Source: Mytilus trossulus (taxonomy: Eukaryota). Taken from it: a stretch of 20,379 bases of DNA. The notes under the pieces are model-generated. The model was not told the origin of the DNA, made no database searches, and saw only the letters and a list, made by a program, of their open reading frames with translations. This document shows, piece by piece, positions 10,508 through 19,711 of this stretch. The DNA is taken from contig NC_086380.1 of the NCBI RefSeq assembly GCF_036588685.1, positions 33,722,313 to 33,742,691 of the forward strand, read 5' to 3'. Every line of letters starts with the position of its first letter. The stretch's first letter is position 1. The translations under genes and the position numbers were made by a program.

Positions 10508-12291
10508 GGTGTCTTCAACCTATGTCAACATTTGATAAAAACATATTCAATCTATGCCTACAAACAAAATACAATAGGTGTTGTTATAGCAATTATTAAT
10601 TAATAAAAGGTAAAATACAGTCAGTATATTTAAGCATTAAAAATACTCTTTGAAATTTCAGAAACAAAAATAAAGTATTTGGAAAATTGTGTTGTAGTAA
10701 AAATGGAATATTTTTTTTTCTAAAAAGACAAAAATTGTTAAAAGAATCCTTGATACTAGCAAAATTGTGTTGAAAAAAATAAAAAAATAAAAATGACAAA
10801 AAAAAAGACCATCTTTCTGAAATTAAACACTTAAATGTAACAATACTTGAGAAAAAAAGAGATAAAAGGCTATTTTATTGGTGCAAATTTTTATGATCAT
10901 TTTTTTTCATTATTTTGTTGATAAAATGATGATAATGAGATAATTTGCAAAACTACTAAAAAATGAGTGTAATTTATACAAACAAACTTGTGACTATCCT
11001 AAGACAATCATTAGAAACCGCTTGTTTAGTCCTTACTTTGTGACCAACTTTAGAAAATGTCAAAATTTAGAACCACTTTGTGGAACCCACTAAGGACTAG
11101 AATAAACTTTAAAATAATTCTATGACATGTATTACTCCTGAGCTATCTTTGTGAAACTTGCACAAGAGACCAAACTTTAAGGATAACATGACACCAGTTG
11201 ATTGTGCAGATGCAGCATCATATCTTATAGTATGACTTTTGAGACAATCATAATAGTAAAATTTTTCTAATTCTATGTCCAGTAGTTGTCGTTTGTTTAT
11301 GTAATTTGTACGTTAAAATCAATCGGGTCCAGGACCAATCCAGTATATCTTATGATTATCCTTCGTTTTCAAATCAATTTCCTATGTGCATACATTTAGA
11401 GTAATAAAGAGCTGGTAAACTCAGTGTATGATAAATATTTCTGGTTATGGAATACATTCTTCTGCATTTATTTCCATGTTTTTCTAGAAATTCACAATTG
11501 CATGTTTGTAGTTCAATTATTGTGTGTATACTAAAAAAAAGGTGTGAGCCAAGGCTCCGTGTTGAAGGCCGTTCATTGACCTATACTGGTTTACCTTATA
11601 AATGATAATTTTTTTTTTATTATTTTTTTTTTTATCTTATTTTTTTTTTTTATAAATGATTGTTCCTTTACGCCGCATTAGCACAAAAAGGCTATATCGC
11701 GGTGAACTTTTATAAATGTTATTTGGATGGAGAGATCATGTCTGATCATTGTCAATCACACCACATCTTCCTTTATCTATATGTTAGAATTTATAGTGAA
11801 CATTTATAATAGATATTTTACATGATTCAGTGCTTATTAAATACACGAGTATCAATAGTGTATTATGCCATTGTATTTAAAGAAAACTTTTTTATATAAA
11901 ACTTAATATTTTTGATCATATATTTTATATTACATGTATTTATGAGAATGACACTGATATATATTTAATATGACAAGATGCTTGCTTCTTTAATAAAAAT
12001 CCATAAAATTCTTCTTTTTCCTCATCACTTCATTATATTAATTTTTAGCTAGTTCTTATTTAAAAAAGAGATCCTCAACACACACAATTATAACTACATT
12101 TTCACTTGTGTTGTACTTGTAAAACCTTTATACTTTAACGGTAGGTTTAAACTGGTTGTAAATTGATTAGCCCCTGATTAATTTATGTTTTTATAACACT
12201 TTATCTGTAACAAATTATTCAACCTATGCCAACATTTTTTCATACAATTTTATACCTTAATTTCAAAATGTTGGCATAGGTTGAATGAACC
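10508..12291. mobile_element. Candidate non-autonomous hAT-like DNA transposon (MITE-like, about 1.8 kb, no ORF), with 26-bp imperfect TIRs and a perfect 8-bp flanking direct repeat
   Basis: Left TIR at 10508-10533 is ggtgtcttcaacctatgtcaacattt. The reverse complement of the right TIR at 12266-12291 is ggttcattcaacctatgccaacattt (22/26 match). The flanking direct repeat cagtggag occurs at 10500-10507 and 12292-12299. This call conflicts with the overlapping TIR pair 11313/12948. Confidence 0.35.
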
Positions 12292-12948
12292 CAGTGGAGA
12301 CAGGACCGATGTAACTGACACATGCATGCCAGTTATTGTTATTTTGATAATAGAAATTGACTCAAGTGACAATTCTGATAGTATAATAGAAATTGGAACT
12401 AGTGAAAATTTGGATAACACCAAGTGAAACACCAATAATGCATCTTGTGTGAAATTATAGAATATGGAAAATTTGGGTACAGCATTGTAGAAGCTGTAGG
12501 ATTTTTTAAAGGGTATTTGTCGAAAAATGAAACTGAAGACACATCTTTTTTCATCATTGGTTTCTGAGCTTCAATTTTCGCCATGTGAAGCAGTTAAAAA
12601 GCTTTTAAAAATATGGTGAGGGTTCTCTTTCATGTATATGAAAAGAGAGGGAGTAGCACTTATAATATAAATGCTAAAGGAAAAAGATGTTGTATAATTC
12701 CCAAAGCCATAATCAGGGACAGTGGTGTAATAGTCCAGCATTAAGATTATTATGTGGTTATTAAATAAAAAAAATCTATAGGATGGACCAATGCTTTTTT
12801 TATAACAAAATCCATACTATAAGTTATTGTACAAGTAATAAGTGAATTATAATTTGTACAAAATGCTACATGTTCACAGACAACGGAATTTATTACAAAG
12901 GATAATAATAATATATACTGGAATGGTCCTGGATCCAATTGATTTTAA
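11313..12948. mobile_element. Candidate non-autonomous TIR element (about 1.6 kb, no ORF) bounded by roughly 48-bp terminal inverted repeats
   Basis: Left end is ttaaaatcaatcgggtccaggaccaatccagtatatcttatgattatc. The reverse complement of the right end (12901-12948) is ttaaaatcaattggatccaggaccattccagtatattattattatc (33/36 match in the outer part). A weaker third copy of the core aggaccaatccagta lies at 10034-10052. The TIRs end at or next to TTAA/TA, so the target-site duplication is ambiguous. Confidence 0.4.
12218..12290. repeat. Perfect 21-bp stem hairpin (ttcaacctatgccaacatttt ... aaaatgttggcataggttgaa) with a loop of about 31 nt
   Basis: Direct reading. The outer arm doubles as the right TIR of the 10508-12291 candidate. 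Confidence 0.8.
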
Positions 12949-13156
12949 TAATAATGTTTATGTGATGTATGTTACTGAAATTCTTCTGCAAATACAGGGC
13001 CACCCGATATTACCAGTAGAAAGACCCCAATAGATATACATTGTAAGAAGATGTGGTAAGCGTGTCAATGAGACTATTATCCATTTAAATCACAATTTTC
13101 AATTATCTTCAATTTCTACGGAGGATTGGCTGTCAAAATGCTTACATTCCAATTTT

Positions 13157-13320
13157 CAATAACAGTTAACAGCAAATAGATTCTCACAATAACAGATAAC
13201 AAAATAGATAATAGTCCTATAACAGCTTACAAAGAATAAGACAATAACAGCTAACAGTAAATATATTTTCAGAATAACAGATAACAAAGAATTTAAATGG
13301 CCCATAATAGCATAACAGTT
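13157..13320 (+). repeat. About 6 tandem copies of the same 30-bp AATAACAGMTAACA unit as at 9931-10025
   Basis: Reads aataacagttaacagcaaatagattctcac / aataacagataacaaaatagataatagtcct / ataacagcttacaaagaataagac / aataacagctaacagtaaatatattttcag / aataacagataacaaagaatttaaatggccc / ataatagcataacagttaaacc. Confidence 0.65.
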
Positions 13321-13323
13321 AAA

Positions 13324-13339
13324 CCCCTTGCCCCCCCTC
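13324..13339. repeat. C-rich box CCCCTTGCCCCCCCTC, the inverted partner of the G-box at 9908-9930
   Basis: See the 9908-9930 entry. Confidence 0.6.
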
Positions 13340-13345
13340 AGTATA

Positions 13346-13635
13346 GTAACAAATACAATTTAACCTTCAATATCATCATTATCAAACAGCAAGTGAGAAA
13401 TAGTACATACATCATTAAGACCATCATAGGCATCTGATAAGAACCATGTCAGATCATTAAGAAAAAATGGAAATATTAAATGAGAGAGGTTTTCTCCTGG
13501 TCTGACTCCTACATTTGGAGCAAAATATTCAGAGAAATTATTACCTTCTCTTATACATGATTTTGCATTTTCATACAGATTCTGTACAGCAATAAGCATT
13601 TTACCATCAATATCATTTCGTAACTTGCCATAGTT
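13346..13635 (-). pseudogene. Reverse transcriptase fragment (RT motifs 3 to 5) of a second, diverged non-LTR element. It is truncated at both ends by inverted junctions.
   Basis: Minus-strand translation: NYGKLRNDIDGK MLIAVQNLYENAKSCIREGNNFSEYFAPNVGVRPGENLSHLIFPFFLNDLTWFLSDAYDGLNDVCTISHLLFDNDDIEG*. It shows a GV(R)xG..LS.L(I/L)F....NDL block and, 21 aa later, LLFDNDD at the position expected for YADD. Confidence 0.55.
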
Positions 13636-13699
13636 AACTATGGCAAAAATTGTTACGAAATGGTATTGATGATAAAATGCTTATTGCTGTACAGAATCT
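13577..13699. repeat. Near-perfect 122-bp palindrome (arms of about 59-64 bp, centre ccatagtt|aactatgg at 13635/13636). The left arm is RT-coding sequence.
   Basis: agattctgtacagcaataagcattttaccatcaatatcatttcgtaac pairs with gttacgaaatggtattgatgataaaatgcttattgctgtacagaatct (2 mismatches and one 5-nt indel). Confidence 0.8.
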
Positions 13700-13724
13700 A
13701 CTAACCAAGTCCGTCCGTCCGTCA

Positions 13725-14900
13725 GTCCTGTTTCTTGTCATCGCAACTCCTCTCAATCCGCTCAACAGAATTTCACGAAACCTTTTCAGATAATAAGGAC
13801 ATACTATGTAGTTGTGCATATCGACGGGAAATTGCGATTAAATTTTTTTTCTAGGAGTTATGCCCCTTTGAACTTATTTACTTTAACGTACTACTGCAAC
13901 AGTTTGTCATCGCAACTCCTCTCAAACCACACAACAGAATTTCACGAAACCTTTTCAGTTAATAAGGACATACTATGTAGTTGTGCATATCAACGGGAAA
14001 TTGCGATTCAAATTTTTTTCCAGGAGTTATACGCCCCTTTGAACTTATTTACTTTAATGTACTACTACAACAGTTTGTCATCGCAACTCCTCTCAAACCA
14101 CACAACAGAATTTCACGAAACCTTTTCAGTTAATAAGGACATACTATGTAGTTGTGCATATCGACGGGAAATTGCGATTCAATTTTTTTTCTAGGAGTTA
14201 CGCCCCTTTGAACTTATTTACTTTAGTGTACTACTGCAACAGTTTGTCATCGCAACTCCTCTCAAACCACACAACAGAATTTCACGAAACCTTTTCAGAT
14301 AATAAGGACATACTATGTAGTTGTGCATATCAACGGGAAATTGCGATTCAATTTTTTTTCCAGGAGTTATACGCCCCTTTGAACTTATTTACTTTAATGT
14401 ACTACTGCAACAGTTTGTCATCGCAACTCCTCTCAAACCACACAACAGAATTTCACGAAACCTTTTCAGTTAATAAGGACATACTATGTAGTTGTGCATA
14501 TTGAAGGAAAATTGCGATTCAATTTTTTTTCTAGGAGTTACGCCCCTTTGAACTTATTTACTTTAGTGAATTACTGCAACAGTTTGTCATCGCAACTCCT
14601 CTGAAACTACTCAACAGAATTTCATGAAACCTTTTCAGATAATAAGGACATACTATGTAGATGTGCATATCGACAAGACATTTTTATTCATTTTTTTTTC
14701 TAGGAGTTATGCCCCTTTGAACTTATTTGCTTCAATGTACTTCTGCAACAGTTTGTCATCTCAACTCCTCTGAAACCACACAACAGAATTTCATGAAATT
14801 TTGTAGATAATAAGGACATACTATGCATGTAGATGTGCATATTGACAGGAAATTATTATTCAATATTTTTTCTTATACAATTTGTTTCCTTACACTTATT
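13725..14900. repeat. Satellite-like tandem array, about 7 copies of a 169-171-bp unit. Distal copies are more diverged.
   Basis: agtttgtcatcgcaactcctctcaaaccacacaacagaatttcacgaaaccttttcag recurs at 13901, 14072, 14241, 14412, 14581 and 14750. The array is preceded by a (GTCC)3-4 microsatellite at about 13710-13726. Confidence 0.9.
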
Positions 14901-15716
14901 TAATTTCTCCAATGACAATGTGGGGACGTGGGGTATGTGAGCGTGCTCACTAAGGTTCTTTTATTGATTTAGGGATATACGGCTGGCGGGCATGTGTGTT
15001 CAATTACATGAAAAGCCTTGGAAGAAATATTTTCAAATTTAGATAAGTTGTTTCCTGTGACTAAATGAAGGCCAATTGCAATTTTCATGATTTCAGATAT
15101 CTTCTTGTTGAGTTAACATCCTTTTTAATATTCAAAAGTGGTACTTGTACTTCTAATGTGCTTCAGTTATTTCTCTATGAACAGAAATTGTTAATTATAT
15201 ACTGGTATAAAAAGTTTGATTACACTAAGTGTGTTTATACGACTGCAAAATATTTAACTGTGCCGTGATCATTTATAAGAATACTATCAAAACTGTAAGT
15301 AAAACCCATAAACATACAAAAAAACTGATTCAAAGAGTATCAACACTGAAACAAACTCAAATTGCAAGGAATTTTCATGTTTTGTTTTGTCAATTTTTAT
15401 AGCAAAAGAGATGAGAACATCTAAAATGTGTTAAAAATTGTTAGCCAAGTCGGAATAGCAATAACAAATCTTTGTTTCTTTAGTGTCTGGTTATGAGGAT
15501 GTTGAATATCGTATCGCTAAGGTATAGAAATAGTGACATATGGACGAAAAAACGAACATTTCTGAATAACTTTCTTACAAATTTGCTTGAAAAAATAATA
15601 ATTTTCAAAAACTAGCTTCTTAAGAAAAAGAAGTTGGATTATGTTCTCCCAAAATTAATTTCTAGTCTTACAGAGAAGGTGACTTATATGCTTAAATTTC
15701 ATAAGATTTGTTAATG

Positions 15717-15790
15717 GTATCTGTGGCTCAGTGGAAAGATTACACCCGGATGATTGCGTGTTCAAACCTCACTGCCGGAGGATGAAAAGC
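15717..15790 (+). other. tRNA-like pol III A-box and B-box pair. Possibly the head of a tRNA-derived SINE; not a foldable tRNA.
   Basis: TGGCTCAGTGG at 15724-15734 matches the A-box consensus TRGCNNAGTGG. GTGTTCAAACC at 15758-15768 resembles the B-box GGTTCGANNCC, about 30 nt downstream. The acceptor and D stems do not pair. Confidence 0.3.
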
Positions 15791-16543
15791 TAAATTCCTA
15801 TATTAAATTTAATTTAACTTAACTTTATTTTCAATTTCAATAAAGACAACTGAAATACATGATTACATCAAAAACAAAAATCTTAACCCCCCCCCCCCCT
15901 TTTCTCCCCTCTCTCTGTTTTTGTTACATTCTTAGCCTGGGCACTCAATAATACCAGATTTTTATTCAATATTTACTCAAAATTCTTTCCTAAAGACTCA
16001 TTCTGTAAGCAGTTATGAATAGTACATCTTTAACATAAACTTGAGCCATTTATTTGACTATGACAAAAATTCTCAAAAAATCCACTATTTTTCGGAGTTT
16101 CGAGTCTTGATATTTCTACCAATCAGAGAGGTTTTGCATCTTTCTGTATAAAGTTTTCACCGATAACGTTTCCGAAAGTCTTCATGCATTAATTTAACAC
16201 TAAAACTATGTTCTATGTTTGTCACTAAACGTCTGTAAAACCGCTTTTCCGCTTGAACTATACATTTTTGTCACTTTAATTCAGCATGTCACGTGACTTT
16301 TGAGAGATATCACGTGACCAAAGTAAGAATTATTTTCCTTAAATCAAGTTTTCCTGAAACCTTGGTCAATTATCTATCAGATGAGTCTAACTTGTCCTTT
16401 GTAGGAGCTTTTTATCGAAATGTGCAATTGATTGAAAACAGATACCCTTTATTCGGGAAGAAAAGGTAAAAATCCTTGAATGTTAAAGGGTTAAATAAAA
16501 CCTGTGACTGCCGTGGATAGAAAACTTGAAAATTATATCAGAC

Positions 16544-16761
16544 AGAAAAATACACTTTATTCGTAGTATATGTATTTATTTCAAAATAAAAAAGAAAAAC
16601 GCAAACCGGGGTTCTAATTTGACTTAAAATTCATCTAATGACGGATATAAGACAGAAAATACACTGTATTCGTAGTATTAATGTATGTTCAAAGTATACA
16701 GAAAAACGCAAACCGGAAAGCTAATCTGACTTAAAATTTTGCCCAATGACGGAAACATATC
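16544..16761. repeat. Two tandem copies of a roughly 109-bp unit
   Basis: ...gacagaaaaatacactttattcgtagtat...agaaaaacgcaaaccgg...ctaatttgacttaaaatt...aatgacgg is repeated at 16544-16652 and 16653-16761. Confidence 0.7.
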
Positions 16762-16936
16762 CGGACGTCTTTTTTCTCGTTTTTCACCTAAAATAACTCA
16801 ATCCGAATAACCATATGAATGGATGACAAATGCGATTATGCACTGTACCCATAGGACACAGAGGGATGATGATTAATTTATTGTGGAAAGAAGAGAAGCG
16901 ACACCCAAAATGAGGTCTTCTCGTTTAATAGTATAG

Positions 16937-16979
16937 ATATTTAAACAAACTCATCCTTCGGATTCGTTTGTTTAAATAT
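16937..16979. repeat. Hairpin with a perfect 14-bp AT-rich stem plus an inner 4-bp stem
   Basis: atatttaaacaaac-tc-atcc-ttc-ggat-tc-gtttgtttaaatat. Confidence 0.6.
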
Positions 16980-17651
16980 GTTAACTCGTAAAAACCATGG
17001 TATATATAGTACATAACAGGCATAGGTTTGACAATCATGCATGTCACCCGTAATTACATTTACATGTAAAAATTTCCCTATTTGGATCCAGATTTAAAAA
17101 TAGAATGAAGAGGGTTTCTCCTGTTTCTTAGCGAGTAAGCAAACATTTAGTATTTCCGACAATGTACATGTATTGTTTATATCCTACAATTTAAATCTGG
17201 CTTTAAGGTTTAAACTCTGATTTGTGTATTTAATTATTTTGAAAGCAAAATGAAAAGTATTACCATGATGAAATAATTGTTTTTCCATTATTGAATCGTG
17301 CATTATTTGTGTATTGGATTACTTGATTTTCATCTCTATTTGTTTACTGACACATGACGAAATAGTTAAATTTAATTATTTTACAAAATCGTTGTCATTA
17401 TCAAAAGATTAAAATCGACTGATTAAATGAATATGAGAGTTCAATTATTATCGGCGATGTCGCCCCCGGAAATTAGCCGTCAGCAATAAACAGTCAGTTA
17501 GCGTCAAAACAGCTAACAAATGTGTTTATTAAGTATGTTTAAAGTATATGATGTATATTGTATCTAATCAGCCCTTCTGTATTTCACAGTTGTTTAAAAG
17601 TAGTTTGTTAATTGCGTGCCGTGTGCAGAACGTCGCCCCTCTTCTAAAAAA

Positions 17652-17915
17652 GGACGGTATAAAAACTATTTTTCATATAAAATCTTGCAAACGATTGTAG
17701 TCCAATTATAACACTCGTTACATTGTTCTTTGATATATTTAGAATCCGTAATAAACCTTAATTATCTGGAAAATGAGATAATGAATTATCTGACGGTATT
17801 TTTAAAAAATAATCTGGCAAACGATTGTCGTCCAATCAGAACACTCGTTACATTATTCTTTGGTATTTTTAAAACTGAATTATCTGGAAAATGAGATAAT
17901 GAATTATCTGAAATT
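17652..17915. repeat. Two tandem copies of a roughly 137-bp unit containing caaacgattgt(a/c)gtccaat...acactcgttacatt...ttatctggaaaatgagataatgaattatctga
   Basis: Copies at 17655-17791 and 17792-17915 are aligned by eye. Confidence 0.7.
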
Positions 17916-18150
17916 CAGATAATCAATTATCTGGAGATAAATTAGGATTATCTGAAAATCGTTCAGATAAACCTAGCTTTTCTTAATATTTTCAAATAAA
18001 CCGGGATTTTCTCCAGATAATGAATTTTCTGTATTATCTGAGATAAACTAGGATTTTTTCGAATTTGAATTAAGCTGAGATAATCTAAGTTTATCTGAGA
18101 TACACCGGGATTATCTCTGATAAACCTAATTTATCTGAGATAATCTAAGA
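17750..18150. repeat. Dense array of palindromic GATA-type motifs (TTATCT ... AGATAA pairs), arranged as degenerate 20-22-bp units TATCTGAGATAAnCTARGWTT
   Basis: Examples: ttatctggaaaatgagataa, ttatctgaaattcagataa, ttatctggagataa, ttatctgaaaatcgttcagataa, ctccagataatg, ttatctgagataaactagg, gctgagataatctaag, ttatctgagatacacc, ttatctctgataaacc, ttatctgagataatctaag. I count more than 20 WGATAR motifs in 400 bp. Confidence 0.6.
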
Positions 18151-19711
18151 TTAATTAATAAAAGTGGTTCAGGCGTGCCATAAGTATCCTAGTTCAAGTC
18201 AGTATCTCAGATATGATATATATTTATAGCATAGCAAATAATGTTATATGTACTATATTGTAAGGTGAACATATCTGTCCGGCAAGTATAATATAAACAC
18301 CTGTCATTTATCAATAATTCAACACAACTTGAGGTCCTCTGATGTTCAGTACTTAGTACTTTGATTGTATTTTGTAAACAACATGTACTGTATGTTTTGT
18401 CATTAAATAACAATTCTATGGTGGTGTGTATCACTGCTTTTTTTAAACCAAAATCCATATCATAAATTATTGTTCAAGTTATTATAAGTAAATTTTCGTC
18501 AAATACAAAAGTATTTACAAATTGTAAATTTTACAGGTACTTTTTGTACAACTTAAAATTTTTACATAGTCAAAATACAAATTATAATTTGTACAATATT
18601 TTTTTCGTACTATTTGACAAGTTATAATTTGTACAAAATGATAACTTGTACACAACATATATATAAACGTTAACAATTCAATCTTCATGAAAAGTATGCT
18701 TCGTTTGAATTCATCAATGAAAAAAATGGGTGCTTCACAAACAATAATTGTTTTATTCAAAAGTTTAGCTGTTTTTTGTTTTAATTTGGTTGACATTTGA
18801 AGCCAATTATAATGTTAAGTTGCGATGAGTGAGTATTGTGCGGGGACTTAACACTAGTGAGATGATCAAAACAAAAACAAAAACTAGTGGGAACATGCCT
18901 TTTACCTTAATATATGCATTCATCAATAGGTTATATTCATATGATTCAGGCCCGTAAATATACCAGAATGAATAGATATAAAAGCAGGAAATATAATAAC
19001 TGTCTAGTCAATTAAGTTCGATGCTTAATGTCACAGATAACAAGTCATTTCCTTAAATGTGAAATATTTGGTCAAGAATAGGTCTTTCCATTTTTATGTA
19101 GGTGTTTGAGGTGGTTTTTTATATGTCTAGACCTTTCACTCACACTTTGTAATATAAGCTGGTCAGGTTTATTGAATACCTAAAACAAGCTTCAAATATC
19201 CTTTCTAACTCTATTTCTCTGTATTGACTTTCGTGAAATAAAAATGCAAGACTATCTCTTTTTGGAAAAATGCATTTAATATATTAATATATATTTTTCG
19301 CTTTTGCAGACAGGTAATAATAAAAACATATGAATAAATTAATTTGATCATGAAATAGTCATAAATTATCGACCTGGTCATCGTTTATATATATAAATTA
19401 GTGACAAAATAATCATTATTATATATCAATGAGGTATTTATTGTGTTAAATTAACATATGAAGGCAACACGATCTGACCAATTTTTACGGTTAACTGAAC
19501 GAGACATAACTTTCTTTGTGCCAGTTTTCTAACTCTCCAAAAAGAAAACGCCACAATTCTAACCTGGAAATGTTTACCTTTTGAGTTTTTGTATATCTAG
19601 GAAAATTAATAATTATAATAATATTTAATTTAAACCTGTTATTCTTCGAAAGGTAAGTGAAATGAGAACTTGTATTTTTTATATTTTACAGCATTTAAAA
19701 AAAACAAACAT

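Noticed and set aside
9902-13345. Reading agtata | GAGGGGG... ...CCCCCTC | agtata as a DNA transposon with 17-23-bp TIRs and a 6-bp target-site duplication
   Set aside because: The sequences outside the boxes are themselves inverted homologous RT-gene fragments. The apparent duplication is therefore part of a longer inverted repeat, not a target-site duplication. The subterminal 30-bp repeats are direct rather than inverted.
9820-13375. The shared 11-mer accttcaatat at 9823 and 13363, as a possible extra boundary repeat
   Set aside because: It has the same orientation at both sites. It lies at different distances from the junctions (88 against 24 bp) and has no supporting extension. It is probably chance in AT-rich DNA.
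13814-14504. Two long ORFs (126 and 116 aa, + strand) with periodic protein sequence
   Set aside because: They are read-through of the 171-bp (3 x 57) satellite units. The protein simply repeats every 57 aa. There is no start-codon context and no known domain. I treat them as an artefact of the repeat length being divisible by 3.
13725-14900. CRISPR array (regular direct repeats)
   Set aside because: The units are about 170 bp and contiguous, with no unique spacers. The context is eukaryote-like and AT-rich, with LINE RT fragments and no cas genes or other long ORFs.
15717-15790. A tRNA gene
   Set aside because: The A and B boxes are present, but the acceptor stem (gtatctg against tgccgga) and the D stem do not base-pair, and no anticodon arm can be drawn.
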